Below the pieces are notes generated by a model. It ran no database searches. It was not told the origin of the DNA and saw only the letters and a list, made by a program, of their open reading frames with translations. Shown here piece by piece: positions 12,106-24,550 of a DNA stretch of 60,000 nt. This DNA is from Lytechinus pictus (lineage: Eukaryota). The stretch lies in assembly GCF_037042905.1 (NCBI RefSeq), contig NC_087251.1, positions 41,232,001 through 41,292,000 of the forward strand, read 5' to 3'. Made by a program: the position numbers and the translations under genes. How positions within the stretch are numbered: the stretch's first letter is position 1; each line of letters begins with the position of its first letter.

Positions 12106-12260
12106 GCTTTCACCCCACTGTACCAGGACTTTGACAGTTTCTTCACTCGTCACATGTACCGAAAGGTACGAGACAACTGGAATGTCCCAATTGCTAGTCT
12201 ACCAGGTGCTGAATCACACCTACTCGAAAGATACAGCGATGATAATAATTGGTCATTCAA
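12106..12260 (+). CDS. SPTLC2: SPTLC2/3 exon
   Basis: AFTPLYQDFDSFFTRHMYRKVRDNWNVPIASLPG; AG/GT boundaries, phase-consistent. Confidence 0.93.
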
Positions 12261-12807
12261 GTATGTAACTCTTTTGTGTTGTGAGATTTCTATGTATTTC
12301 TCATTTATGTACTTCAAGAATGAAGTCAAGATATTGTGAGAATTTTTAATATGCATTTGAGACAGTGACAAGTAATTTTGGTGGTCATTCCAAAGGAATG
12401 GTTGTGTTACAACTGAATTTCCAGAGTCATGATTAAAAATTGAACATCATCCAGTTAGTTACTAGAAAATAATGTGTTCACTGGTAACAGCTTTGATTAC
12501 ATCGTGATATTAAGTATGCATCTCCAATAATAGTAATTCTATTTACTTTATCACATGTTTCCAGCTAACAAATGATAATTAAGAGGTGATGTGATGGGGG
12601 AAAGATTTGGTGAGAACCAAGTAATATAGACTCATTTTTTTATAGTATGATACCAATTATGAAGCAAATTTCGTTGCTTAGATTAGCAAACACGAATTAC
12701 ATGAAATCAATTGTATTTTATCATTCATGGTAATACTGTATATGTCTTGCGCTGATCTCTATTCTTGACCTCCATTAGTTTTCTATTCAGTGTAGGAAAT
12801 ATTTGTG

Positions 12808-13006
12808 GATGATTTCGCCCTCGTTACAGCCAAAATCAGCCCTAAAGTGCCACAAATGCATTTTTTTTTTAGGTGACCGTCTTTCTTACCATTGCCTCAA
12901 GAGGATGATGGGCGATATCGCCCTCATAACAGCCAAAATCAGCCCTAAAGTGCCACAAATGCAATTTTTGGGGGAGGTGACTGTCTTTCTTACCATTGCC
13001 TCAAGA
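12808..13006. repeat. ~100-bp tandem duplication
   Basis: TCGCCCTC...ACAGCCAAAATCAGCCCTAAAGTGCCACAAATGCA...TCTTTCTTACCATTGCCTCAAGA occurs twice. Confidence 0.8.
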
Positions 13007-13247
13007 TCTACCGCAAACAATATTCAAGTTTATTTTATTAGTAAATCAATACTCCTGCATACTGTAGGTAGGGATATTTACATGTACATTAACGGTATAA
13101 TTGCCTGCTGCACACAGAAAAAAGAAGCCCCTAAAAAAGTGGCCCCCAATTTCTTCCATCGTCCCAAGACCAATGAAGAAAAAATAACCCACGATAAATA
13201 AAAATGATATCCTACCCTGTTTCTGTGACTTTGTTTCTTTAATACAG

Positions 13248-13393
13248 GCTCACTGGTACCACAAGGAAAGTGATCAACATTGGTTCATACAACTATCTAG
13301 GTTTTGCTGAAAACCACGGTCCAAGATCAGATGCAGTTCAAGCGACCACACAGTACTATGGCAACGGAGTTTGTAGCTCTAGGCAAGAATTGG
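13248..13393 (+). CDS. SPTLC2: SPTLC2/3 exon
   Basis: LTGTTRKVINIGSYNYLGFAE...SSRQEL (conserved GSYNYLGF); AG/GT boundaries. Confidence 0.93.
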
Positions 13394-13868
13394 GTAAATA
13401 AATTCTTTCATTCATTCTACTGTACACCTGCATGACCCAGCTGACACGTAGACCCCGACATCTGCCGATTTCAGACTTTTCAGCCTCGATACTATGGCTT
13501 TAAAATGTGTAGCTTCTTTTCAAGCCTTGTGAGTAAAACTGACTTGCATCCCTCTACGAAGGTTATACCTACAGCTGGATTCTGCATCACTCTTAACTGT
13601 ACTCCGTACTCAGCATAATTTGTTGTTCAACAAATAAACTTGGATGATTTTTTTTCCCTTCACTGCTTTTCGAAGATCAGACGCTAGTTGTCACCCGAGG
13701 GTCGTATGACACTTCATCGTGATATGCCCTTTGCTTCTTGACCAAGGTTTCTTTGGGCAGGGGCGTTTCTTATGCCTCCACCCACCACAGGTGGTTGCTG
13801 GAGGCATTATCTTTCTTATGGCTTGTCCATCCATTCTGTCATTCTTGTAGTATTGATGTAGATTCATA

Positions 13869-14179
13869 GGCCTGTATTCTGAAGTCAGGTTGAACTTAGA
13901 CCATGGTCTAACCCTGTGCTTAAATTATGGGAAGCCAAAAGTGTCAAAATTTTTATTAAGTTGTATGTTTCTTATGTTTACTGTGCTCTTTCCTGATTCA
14001 TAGATGGTGATGACGATTATCTATTTATACTTCCTAGACATATATGAATGATTTGAGAGCCAAATGAGCTGAAATGTGATATCTGTACCATTAGTGAATT
14101 ATGTAAAAATTGGCTATCCGTACTTAAACCACAACTTTAAACCTGAGTTTAAGTTAAACCCAAGTTCAGAATACGGGCC
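13869..14179. mobile_element. MITE, PIF/Harbinger-like
   Basis: TIR GGCC(T/C)GTATTCTGAA at both ends; ATA flanks both sides. Confidence 0.7.
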
Positions 14180-14390
14180 ATAGACCTCATTAAAAGCTCC
14201 TGATGTACCACATTGCGTGGGTCCCATGAAAGATAAAGCGTGATTTAATGGGCTACCCCTGATCGAATAAAACAAAAACGACAAACCAATTGTAGAGTAT
14301 GTTCTTGATGCATAACAGAGAGATGGATTCTCATCCAGACCCCTCTTTCCCTGTCGAATCATATCCTAAATTGTATATTGTTGACTACAG

Positions 14391-14515
14391 GAACCCTTGC
14401 TGTTCAGGAAGAACTAGAGAAGCTAATGGCAGAGTTCTTAGGTCAGGAAGATGCTCTTACATTTGGTATGGGTTTTGCCACCAACACACTCAACATTCCA
14501 AGTATCATGGGCAAG
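14391..14515 (+). CDS. SPTLC2: SPTLC2/3 exon
   Basis: TLAVQEELEKLMAEFLGQEDALTFGMGFATNTLNIPSIMGK; AG/GT boundaries. Confidence 0.93.
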
Positions 14516-14882
14516 GTAACACAATCATGGACTTCCGCAGTATTCATTTGAGTTTGCCTTTCACTTTGTGAAAGAATTTCTCTTCAAACAAGAACATTGT
14601 ATAGTAGATCACCAATGATTTTCATGGAAATGAAATGGTACTTGATGTTTTGATATGTTAAATTAATTAATAGCAACTAATTTGCAAGACCATTAGTCCT
14701 TTTGAATGATTGCATTAAGATCATACTTTCAGTCCTCATTCTTGCAGAAGAAAACATTGAAATTGCTGTGTTTGGAAACTGGGGTATTGAACTGACCATT
14801 CTAAAAACCCATGTACATTTTTTTTATACCATAATCTTGACAAATTAATCCAAATAATGTGTATGTTTGTTTGTTTTCTTAG

Positions 14883-14976
14883 GGGTGCCTTATTGTCAGT
14901 GATAGATTAAATCATGCTTCACTTGTACTGGGAGTGAGGTTATCAGGTGCTACCGTCAAAGTCTTTGAACATAATA
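14883..14976 (+). CDS. SPTLC2: SPTLC2/3 exon
   Basis: [31 protein letters not shown] (NHAS motif); AG/GT boundaries. Confidence 0.93.
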
Positions 14977-15604
14977 GTGAGTAAATCAAAACTTTCTTCA
15001 TCTAAAAAAAATAAAAACTTTCTTCATCTTCTGAATCATTGATGATTATCTTTCACATCAAGGAACAGTAATGAATGTCCAAGTTAATGTAATTACTATA
15101 TGTGAGGTGAACATTTGCTAGCTTGTTTGATTTTTCCTCTTTTTTTCCTCTTTCAAAATATCCAAGCATTATTCCAGCAATTACCATTATCATGGATTTT
15201 AAACTGAGCCATTTATATACAGATTATTTTATATTGGCTTATTTGCTCTTGTACTAGCAATTGTAACAAACTTTCACAGAATTGGATTTACAAAATTTAG
15301 GCATGTGTTTTGGAAAAATAATCTGTAAATGTTTTATTCTTATGTGATTAATTACTTGCCTTTTGTATTTCAAAGTGAAATACTTGGGTTGTTTTCCCAG
15401 GATAATATTGAATCAACGTGTATTATTTTTATATTTCTTAAATGCTTTTTAAATCCTAATTATTGAAATAATCTGTTTTGTGTCGAGAAAATTTGTGTGT
15501 AGAATATTAATTTTAATGGATACCATTCATTTTTATAAAGTATTCAAAATGATTGTTATATGCCATTAATTGTTGATGGAATGATTCACTTTATCAACTG
15601 ATAG

Positions 15605-15710
15605 ATATAGAGAGCTTGGAGAAGTTACTGAAGAAGGCTATTGTTGAGGGTCAACCAAGGACGCATAGGCCATGGAAGAAGATTCTTATCATCGTTGAAG
15701 GAATTTACAG
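15605..15710 (+). CDS. SPTLC2: SPTLC2/3 exon
   Basis: [38 protein letters not shown] boundaries. Confidence 0.93.
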
Positions 15711-16171
15711 GTCCGTATTCTCTTGCTTCATAAGGGGGGTGTTTCATGACATTTTTTGTCTGTGACTTTTACTAAAAGATGCTGTAAGCTACTCCCAAGT
15801 CATTGCACCTGATTGGTAGAGAGCTAGTTTATCAATGAAAATCACAGCCAAATTTTTAGTGAAAGACTTCCCAGGTGGTTCTTACTACTCTGCAATACCC
15901 TTGTATCTTATGCTTTGATGATGATCCCAGTCAAATAAGTTTTCTTCAAAGTGGCTGTCCTTTCTGTGTATTTTGCTGATATTTGCAATTACACGTACCT
16001 CATTCCTTAGATCTGCTCTTTCTTTCCTATACCCTTTATCAGTACAAACTGTTTTGACACACCTCACAATTATGCCCTTTGCAATGAAAAACTATTTTGC
16101 TCTTTTGCTATTCATGCCTACGTACCAGGGCTGCAAAAACAGATTTAAACTATTGTTAGATTTAGTATTGT

Positions 16172-16450
16172 GGGGGGTATCGTGGACTAGTGGTTCTAAC
16201 TCTCTACTTTCAATCAGAGGATGACGGGTTTGAATATAGGTGATGGCATTCGTACCTTCTGGGGCCCGTAACACAAAGCTTAGCGATTGATCATACGCTT
16301 GATCTTTACGATTGATTGTACATTGTAGTCTATGGAATCAATCGTAGAAAAATGTGTTACGATCATTGCTAAGTTTTGTGTTACGGGCCTCAGGATACGA
16401 TTTATCCATATTTGGTTTAATTTGACCCAGGTGAGGTAATAGATACCTGA
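16172..16450 (+). mobile_element. tRNA-derived SINE (degenerate) interrupted by a MITE
   Basis: A-box-like CGTGGACTAGTGG, B-box-like GGTTTGAAT and downstream GACCCAGGTGAGG; homologous to 58670-58871 on the opposite strand. Confidence 0.65.
16262..16390. mobile_element. ~130-bp MITE, Harbinger-like
   Basis: TIR GGCCCGTAACACAAA(G/A)CTTAGC; CTG/CAG flanks. Confidence 0.75.
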
Positions 16451-16589
16451 CACAAATAAATACCTTAAAGTTTGCCTAATCAAGGATGATCGAGCCCATC
16501 CATTTCCTTTGGAAGCGCATTGAGACATTTGATAATGATGGGATATGAGTACAAGTATACAAGTACTGAATATTATCATTATTATTATC

Positions 16590-16900
16590 ATCATCACTAT
16601 CATCATCATCATCATTAGAATCCATAAAACACTGTACATGCATATTTTGTGTCATTATACAAAATGTTGGTGGTACTGACTATATTATTATCATCATCAT
16701 CATCATCATTAGAATACATGCATTACATAAATGTCCATACTGTACATGCATATTTTGTGTCATTATACAAAATGTTTGTGGTACTGACTATATTATTATC
16801 ATCACCATCATCATCATCATAGAATACATGCATTACATAAATGTCCATAAGATACTGTACATGCATATTTTGTGTCATTCTACAAAATGTTGGTAGTAGT
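16590..16900. repeat. ~115-bp tandem repeat (~3 copies) containing (ATC)n
   Basis: ACTGTACATGCATATTTTGTGTCATT(A/C)TACAAAATGTT occurs three times, ending ~70 bp before the catalytic exon. Confidence 0.85.
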
Positions 16901-16967
16901 TGCTGTGGCATTGCCATTATCGGTAGGATTCTTTTCACCATCATGTCATTGTCATTATCCTCTCTAG

Positions 16968-17187
16968 TATGGAAGGTTCCATTGTGAAGCTACGCGAGAT
17001 GATAGCCCTGAAGAAGAAATACAAGTGCTACCTATACCTGGACGAGGCCCACAGTATCGGAGCCCTCGGCCCTACCGGTCGGGGTGTGGTGGAGTACTTT
17101 GGCTTGAACCCTAGAGATATTGACATCATGATGGGTACATTCACCAAGAGCTTCGGTGCATCGGGAGGCTATATCTCCGGCTCAAAG
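16968..17187 (+). CDS. SPTLC2: SPTLC2/3 exon carrying the PLP-binding lysine
   Basis: MEGSIVKL...[12 protein letters not shown]...[14 protein letters not shown] (GTFTKSFG motif diagnostic of LCB2). Confidence 0.96.
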
Positions 17188-17555
17188 GTCAGTTGAATTA
17201 TTGCATTGATACGATTCGTAATGTTGAGTGTCATTAAGCAGGGCTGGAATGAATTGATATATATTGTTCTTTATTTTTTAGAGGAGGAGAAATAATCTTG
17301 AACTTTATAGTAGGTTCTCTCCATTGGTGTTTGAAAGCATTGTCTGATCTTCAATACTTATTTTGATTACTACCTAGTTGTGCATTTCCTCTTGGCATAA
17401 TTTGTTGGGTTCACTGATGTGTCTTATGCAGTATGCAACTATGAATTTAAGTGTGACTTTTTGTTACACTTAAAATCATTGGGTAACACCCATATCCCTC
17501 AAGTGAAGATTTGTATGTAAGCGATTATCTTTGTTATCATTTTTATTCCTTTCAG

Positions 17556-17682
17556 GAGTTGGTTGATTACATCAGGGTGCATTCACACGCTGCTACCTAT
17601 GCCAGCTCTACTAGTGCACCGGTAGTAGAACAGACCCTTAGTACACTCAAGACCATCATGGGTATGGATGGGACTACTGTTG
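17556..17682 (+). CDS. SPTLC2: SPTLC2/3 exon
   Basis: [46 protein letters not shown] boundaries. Confidence 0.92.
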
Positions 17683-18198
17683 GTAAGCTATTATGTCTTT
17701 GTTAAAGGCAAAATACAGTAGTTGCAGCAAGCAATTATTTCATGAGAAAGTCTCTTAATTCAAGTTTTATTGTCAAAATATTCTCACACATCGAGATCTG
17801 GTACATTAATGTAAACTTATCTTTGTAGAATCATGAAATCTTAGCCCAAAATTGATAATTCTGATACCGGTAATCATTAACACAGAAAAGCATATGTGGG
17901 ACAGTGTGTTAACATTGCTTCGAAAAATACCCAACATTAATGGAATTCCGTGCTTATTTTGCTCATTTCTCAGCAATTACGCATTTTCCTCCAGAGCTAT
18001 TTGTCACATATTTATTTATACATACAAACACTTTGGTGGTGATTTCCTTGGATTCTGTTCGAACTCATTTTCGTTACCATAACTGGTATTTATCTTAAAA
18101 GGCAAAAGAAGGTCACCAAGGCCTGAACGATTTTGGCTTTAGCCCAGCTGGCTATCCCATGGCAAACAAGCATGCCAAAGAATGAATAACCCTGCCAG

Positions 18199-18752
18199 GG
18201 GGTTGTTTCATAAAGCTGTTCGTAAGTCAAGAGCGACTTTAAGAACAACTAACCATCGCCAATTAACATTTTGGTGTATAGCATTTACCACAAGAAAGGA
18301 TGGTAAATTGCCAATTCGTCCACTCACCACATGGTCTACCTTCATTTAGTCTAATGCCATTCCATCCATTAACATTTCGTCTGACATTCATTTGGTCCAA
18401 TCATCACTTCGTCTAATTACCAGTTCGTCTGTTACCATTTCGTCTAATAACCAGTTGGTCTAATACCCATTTTCTTTTCAGTCATTGTGCACAATTAGCA
18501 CTTTAGTTTAATTAGACCAAGTGGTATATGGACTAAATGGCTATTGGACCAACTGGTTATGAGACAGAATGGCATTAGACTAAATGAAAGTAGACCATGT
18601 GGTGAGTGGACAAACTTATGGTAGACCAAATGATTGTAGACAAGTTTGCTATTGGACGTATTGGCATTAGACAAATTGGAAATAAACCGAAAGGATCACC
18701 AGTCGTTCTTAAAGTCGCTCTTAACTTACAAACAGCTTTATGAAACACCCAC
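18199..18752. mobile_element. Harbinger-like MITE (CAG TSD) containing a nested element
   Basis: ~50-bp TIR TGTTTCATAAAGCTGTT..TAAGT.AAGAGCGACTTTAAGAAC; CAG at 18196-18198 and 18753-18755. Confidence 0.8.
18302..18688. mobile_element. Foldback-like MITE with 8-bp TSD (hAT/MULE-like)
   Basis: TSD GAAAGGAT at 18294-18301 and 18689-18696; imperfect TIR GGTAAATTGCCAATTCGTC; internal TCGTCTA/TAGAC subrepeats. Confidence 0.8.
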
Positions 18753-18943
18753 CAGGTATCCAGTTACTTCACGTGGGTCAAGTGCAGCACATTTTGTTGA
18801 CTTTCTTGCTAAAGATAATTAACCCCATGGCTGGGATTCGAACCCCTGACCCTCTTGTAAGTCAAAAGATAAAACCTCTAGACCACGACATCTCTACAAT
18901 GGTACAAGTTTTGAACATTCTGTATATTTTCCTCTTGCTCCAG

Positions 18944-19079
18944 GACGAGACAGAATTGAGATGTTGAAAAATAATACCCGATATTTCAGGAGGCGTTGTA
19001 TGGAGCTAGGGTTCATTGTTTATGGCAATGATGACTCACCTGTTGTACCGGTTCTTCTTTATCTACCAGCAAAAATTAC
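18944..19079 (+). CDS. SPTLC2: SPTLC2/3 exon
   Basis: [48 protein letters not shown] boundaries. Confidence 0.93.
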
Positions 19080-19173
19080 GTAAGATTTTTTTTTTCTTAG
19101 TTGATCTTTGGCATTTGTGATAATATATATAATAGGCAGCTTTGTATCACCAGACCGAACGTCAAGCTACTAT

Positions 19174-20050
19174 AGGCGGTGCTGCACCATCCCGAGTTTG
19201 CTCAATCTCGAGATTTTAGCCCGATCAGCCCTCTTCGCGATTAATCTCGAGATTCAAGAAACCCCGTCTGCACCATCCCACGAAGAGCGATTCCTGCTCG
19301 AGCGAGGCAACAAGCCCGATATTACGAGCATGCGCACTTTCGGATCTTGGAGTTTCAACGGCCCGCGCTTTTGAATAACTTCCCGCAATATGCAAGCAAT
19401 GTACTCCTTTCACTAGCACTTTCGCCGAATTCAACCGGTGTTATGCAACAATCCTCTCAGCTCAGCGAGTGAAGAAGTGATGTATTCTTCGTTAAATATG
19501 ATGGCGGAGTAGGAGGCAACGACAGAGAGAGAGAGAGGGAGAGAAGGAGGAAAGAAATGCTATTTGCTCACATTTTGCGAAGGAATAAGACAACACTGCT
19601 GTCAGTGTTGTTATTGAATATGACCATCGTCGATGAGCGCCTCCCCCTTCGGTCTGGTCTCTCCCCAAATCCATTCACTGGTGGGACACCATCGTTGCTT
19701 ATGAACGCTATTCGCATGTATAAAGTTGACTTTCGCACGTGTTTATGTTTTGACCAAGGCGGAAGTGGAACGCGAATTGCATTATGGACTGACGTCATGA
19801 ATAAATTACCCCGAGTCCAATCTCGAGTGCGTCTGCACCGACGAATTAGCGGGATAATTCGTAAAATAGCGCGCTATTTTGCAAATAAACCCGAGTTGAC
19901 TTGGGATTGCAATCTCGAGATTAATCCTACGAACTAGCGCGATAATTGCGTCTGCACCGCCAACTATCTCGAGATTTTTCAGATCGGGATAATTTGCCGG
20001 ATCAGAAATAGCGCGCTAATTTGAAAACTCGGGATGGTGCAGACGGCCCT
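19174..20050. mobile_element. Non-autonomous Harbinger-like DNA transposon, CpG-rich
   Basis: TIR AGG..G..CTGCACCATCCCGAGTTT; TAT TSD at 19171-19173 and 20051-20053; repeated TCTGCACC and ATCTCGAG motifs. Confidence 0.8.
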
Positions 20051-20471
20051 TATGAGTGACATAATATTTTGCCACTGTGCATGCCCAAAGGCTTACACTT
20101 TTTCAATGATTTTAGCGTCTTCTTATCTCAATGAGATAAGATAAAAGATAAGAACAAAGATAAGAACGTTTTCAGAATACCACCCCTGTTTTCCAGCTTT
20201 TGTAATACTGAAATGTTCTTTTTCAGGTATGCAGCTCTGTATGAATGAGTAGTAGTATCATCTTCATTACAGCTGCTTTAGTTACAAATGCTTGTTTTGA
20301 AATAATTTGAATTGACATTGGAATTTTATTGAAATTGAGTTGAATTTTGAATTGAATTGAATTGGATTGGATTGAATTTGAATTTGAAATTGAATTTAGA
20401 GTGTAAATTTGAATTGATTTTTAAGCAAATTATGTAAGCAAAGACCTCTTATTCCTTGAATCGACTTCCAG

Positions 20472-20601
20472 GTGTTTTGCCAGGGAGTGTCGTAAACGAG
20501 GCCTTGCCGTAGTCGTGGTTGGTTTCCCGGCCACGCCCATCATCGAAGGTCGAGCAAGAATCTGCCTTTCAGCCGCACACACCAGAGAGATGCTGGATAC
20601 G
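20472..20601 (+). CDS. SPTLC2: SPTLC2/3 exon
   Basis: [47 protein letters not shown] boundaries. Confidence 0.93.
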
Positions 20602-21183
20602 GTAAGTTGAATTCAAACCTAATTAACATTTATGATAACAATCTAAACCTGAGTTAGAATGGATAAAATGATCACCCTTGTGTTTGTATGTAGAATGTGT
20701 GCTGAATGATTCTGGTAGATGGTATGTAATTGCCAATGGTTCTTTTTTTTTTCGGTCTGCCATGTCCAGCTTCTTAATGTTTAACGGCAAGTATTTTACA
20801 AGGCAAAGGTGCTTATTGAAAATCAATAACATAAAAAAATGAGTTGATGAATAATGAAAACTATAATTCACAAATGTATTACTTATCATCAGCCATATTG
20901 TAGTCAATCAATCTATGAAAATGAATACAATAAAACAGCGGTAATCAGTTATATCAGGGAAATGATTTACGAATCAGTCGATTCTTCCCCCTTTTTAGTT
21001 GGAAGGTGCATCAATATTGATGAGTGTTGTGATAGTCGGGGGTTAAGGCATGTACAGTGTCGAACACAATAAAAATCAGCAACCCGGCTAAGTAAATAGT
21101 ATATGGATATGAAAGACAGTGTGAAACAAAAAAAAGATAGTATGTGGTTAAGGATAGTGTGTGTGTGTGTGTATTTGAGTTTT

Positions 21184-21332
21184 GTCAGACGTGTATCAAT
21201 CAGATATGATTATTTACGTCTGGGACCGACCTTTAACGTCACCATCCGAAAGACGTGACCAGGGCCCAAACCTCTGCATCAATTTGTAACTTCCCCGCAT
21301 AGCTTTGATTACAGGCGCACGCCACAACGCCC
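21184..21332 (-). mobile_element. DeuSINE-like fragment
   Basis: Reverse strand reads CGTCTTTCGGATGGTGACGTTAAAGGTCGGTCCC, resembling the Deu-domain motif GTCTTTCGGATGAGACGTTAAA (from memory). Confidence 0.5.
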
Positions 21333-21336
21333 AGAT

Positions 21337-21472
21337 GATAGTCAGGGGTTGAGGATAGTCTTGGGTAAAGGATAGTCTGGGGTACAGGATAGTCCAGGGT
21401 AAAGGATAGTACTGGGTAAAGGATAGTCCGGGGTAAAAGTTAGTCCGGGTTTTAAGGATAGTATGGGGTTAG
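21337..21472. repeat. ~17-bp minisatellite (AGGATAGTCCGGGGTAA)n
   Basis: About eight diverged tandem units. Confidence 0.85.
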
Positions 21473-21852
21473 GAAAATGTAGTGCGAAAAGCATATTACC
21501 CAAGCAGATCGAGATTTACAATGATATAGCAACAATTAATCTTGGTTTTAATTGTATACAGATTTTCTTATGAAATTGGAGTTTACTCCATCTACTTTTA
21601 TTAACCACAGTTTAAATTAAGACGTAATTTGCGAAGTTGGTTTGGTTATTTTTTTTTGTTTTAGTTTTGTTACATCATTTGCCTGACATAAACATGTGGT
21701 TCAGAGTAATAAACTCTGGTTTTATGCAGTTTGCTAAGTTGTACAATATGTGTATCTTTTGTTCATTTAGTTTGGTAACATCAATGACATTTAAATTAAC
21801 ATCTAGCTTTATAGTGATCAGTTTTTCGTGATCAGACATATTTTAAGAATCA

Positions 21853-22120
21853 TGTGTGTTGGCTCAGTTGGTAGAGCGTCCGTCTCACAACCGGGAGGTC
21901 GGGGGTTCAATCAAACCCCGGCCGCGTCAGACCAAAAGACGTTAAAAGATGGGAGTTGCTGCTACCCTGTTGGCGTCCAACGATTAAAAGGGATAGAGGC
22001 TCGTCGATCTGGCGCTGCACAGCGGCTGCCGGGCCCACGATCAATTGGGCAAAGCAAATTTTCGGAGTATTTCATTTCATGACTATTTCAAACAATAAAA
22101 TATGGATTTTCATTTCCAAA
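21853..22120 (+). mobile_element. tRNA-derived SINE
   Basis: TGGCTCAGTTGGTAGAGCG (A box) and GGGGTTCAA (B-box-like), followed by a non-tRNA body and TTTCA-repeat tail. Confidence 0.75.
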
Positions 22121-22170
22121 GGACATCCAGTCTCTAATTTAGTTTGTTCTGTCTCTTTGTATCTTTCCAG

Positions 22171-22269
22171 GCATTGAAGATAATAGATGAAGTTGGTGAT
22201 CTCCTTGGTGTGAAGTATTCCAGACGTCCATTACCACCACCACCAACAGACAAGTCAAAGATGGAGTAA
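22171..22269 (+). CDS. SPTLC2: SPTLC2/3 terminal coding exon
   Basis: ALKIIDEVGDLLGVKYSRRPLPPPPTDKSKME* after a CAG acceptor. Confidence 0.92.
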   Translation, partial: ALKIIDEVGDLLGVKYSRRPLPPPPTDKSKME

Positions 22270-23953
22270 AACTATTTTCATTTTTCTTTAATTCTGATTC
22301 CCCATGATGCATTATTACACCCACCAGATATGATTATTTATGTGAGACTTCACCAATTTATATTTGAGCAATTTTTTAATCTAAAAAATGAGTGTTTTTT
22401 TAATGCAGGTATTGTTTAAGTTTAAAAGCATTTGTCAACAATGATAGTTTATATTTGAGCTGTTTGCCAGTTGACATTGACAATGTCTTTGAATTTGGTT
22501 TTAACCTAATAACTATAACAATTATCATGATGATAATAACATTAATAATGGTGATTATGACAACGATGACTATAGTAGTAATAAATAATTTGAAGAATTG
22601 TGATGATAATAGTGTTCATGATAACTAGCATAATAGTTATAAAGTAATAACAATAACAGCATAAAGAGCAACTATAATGATAATTATTATCACAACAACA
22701 TGCAGCTCAGGATTATAGCCTCCTGAATACTATGTTTCTAGGTCCATAAGTTTGTTCAGAAAATTAGAAAATACATTGGATCATTTTGTTTGAAAAGTCA
22801 ATATAATTCTATGTAAAGGTAATTTTTCCAACAGGTCACAAAAACAAAGTTTTGAAGTCTATTTATGGTTGCAACATCTATCTCATGAATCATGTCTTTA
22901 TCAAATTTATAATTTCTGGTACCTTCATATAGGTACATTGTACTGCAAGAAGCATACTATCAATATGTAATAATTACTATGATTTCGGAAATATGTTTGT
23001 TGCTGGCATGCATTACAATCAAAGCTTTTAATAAGGCAATTAATACTTAATTTGGATGATTTATTATTGTGTCAATTTTTTTTTTCCTCTTTTCAGTTTC
23101 TTTTAGCTTTGTATTTCAAATTTTAGGTTGAAGAGGTTTTCACATTTATGTGCTATATATTTCACGAGTCAGGGAATGTCGGACATTTCCTATGCAGGCA
23201 TGAAAATTGTCTGCGTTTGTGTGGATTTCCGTTTTTTGAGTAATTTTTGAATATTTTTCAGATTTTTTTCGGAATTTGTATCTTTAGCGCTACCATATGT
23301 ATTGCACCACATGGCTATGCGTGTGGATGTATTGTGAGCAATTTCTCAACACGGAGCTCCCGGCCCCGTAGTGATCTTGCTACCGCTGGCTCCCCTGAGC
23401 ATGGGCGGGCTAGCTTCTGTGTGGCTCGGCACTTGTGTGTGCTTGTGTTTGTGTGCAGTCGCGGTAAAAATGTCTTCTACCTTACAGATTTTTTTCCATG
23501 AGGAATTTTTGTGTGGATTATCACGTGTTATATGGCAAGTTCTCTTATCATTGTTTAATGTGATTGTGGTCTGGATATGGACATGCAAATATCAGCATTA
23601 AACAAATTAAACATTCTTATTAGAACTATTGAAAGCCAAGAAACATTTAATGTATATCATGCAGAATAGATGCACTTTAAAGGATATAAAACAAGAAGTA
23701 TGGTCTTTTTATAAATCACCTTGGAGAAAAAATATGGAATGATAAAGAAAAAAGCTTGCATTAAAATGTTTTCATTACATTAATTGTGTTTTATACATTG
23801 TTTTTATTATCAAACTTCAATGTGAATGTGCCTGTTCTAACATTATTATTCTTGTTATTTGAAGAAGCATTTTATCCTGTACTAGTGAGAGCTTTATCAC
23901 AATTTTGTGGTCAGCTTCATTGCTTATGGTGTTGAAATGGTTAAAAATATTTA

Positions 23954-24550
23954 AGGGGAATCCAGCTCTGGTCATAATATGTTGTGTTTGAAAGGAGAAA
24001 AATAAACAAAACAGAATGGTAAAAGTTTGAAAGAAATCGGACAAGCAATAAGAAAGTTATGGCTGTTTCAAAATTGAGATCTCTAAGAGTATGTAGATTT
24101 CAAATTGGCAACTGGGTAAGTAAATTATGACAAGAGGCAAGGACAACTTTCACATAGGCCATGTACTTTATTATCAGTTATTTGTGGTTTTTTCCCCAAG
24201 TACCCATTCCCCTGGGGCTGTAATCTAAATATAGCCTAGGCAGTATGCTGTTTTATGTCCTCATAAAAGAAAAATATAATTTGAAGTAAAACATTTGAAA
24301 AAAAATGTAATTTTAGTCATTTTATGTATTGGAGTACATGGAAGAGTAGTCCTTGCCTTACATCACTTTGACATCACATATGTTGCCAATTTGAAATCTC
24401 CATAGGTATAGTGATTACCAATATTCACAACTTTTGAAAATTCATAACTTTCTTGTTGTTTGTCCGATATTGTTCAAACTTTCACCTATCAACTTGTCTG
24501 ATTTTTCTTTTTCCTCTAAAAGCAAATTTTTATTTGGGTTGGATTCCCCT
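23954..24550 (-). mobile_element. TTAA-target MITE family A (Kolobok-like), copy 1
   Basis: TIR AGGGGAATCCA...TGGATTCCCCT with TTAA at the right; reverse-complement homolog of 27643-28236. Confidence 0.85.

Larger units (their letters stand above)
18130..18890 (-). mobile_element. tRNA-derived SINE hosting two nested MITEs
   Basis: CCATGGCTGGGATTCGAACC...CTAGACCACGAC matches the SINE at 58670-58871; left boundary approximate. Confidence 0.6.

Noticed and set aside
14898..14921. SDRLNHAS instead of the usual SDELNHAS in LCB2
   Set aside because: This position varies among alpha-oxoamine synthases; the NHAS, DEAH and TFTKS motifs are intact.
19557..19937. 126-aa ORF in the CpG-rich transposon as a transposase remnant
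   Set aside because: No recognisable DDE or Myb/SANT motifs.
21853..21925. tRNA gene
   Set aside because: The acceptor stem does not pair, the T-loop has an insertion, and it runs into a SINE-like body and tail.
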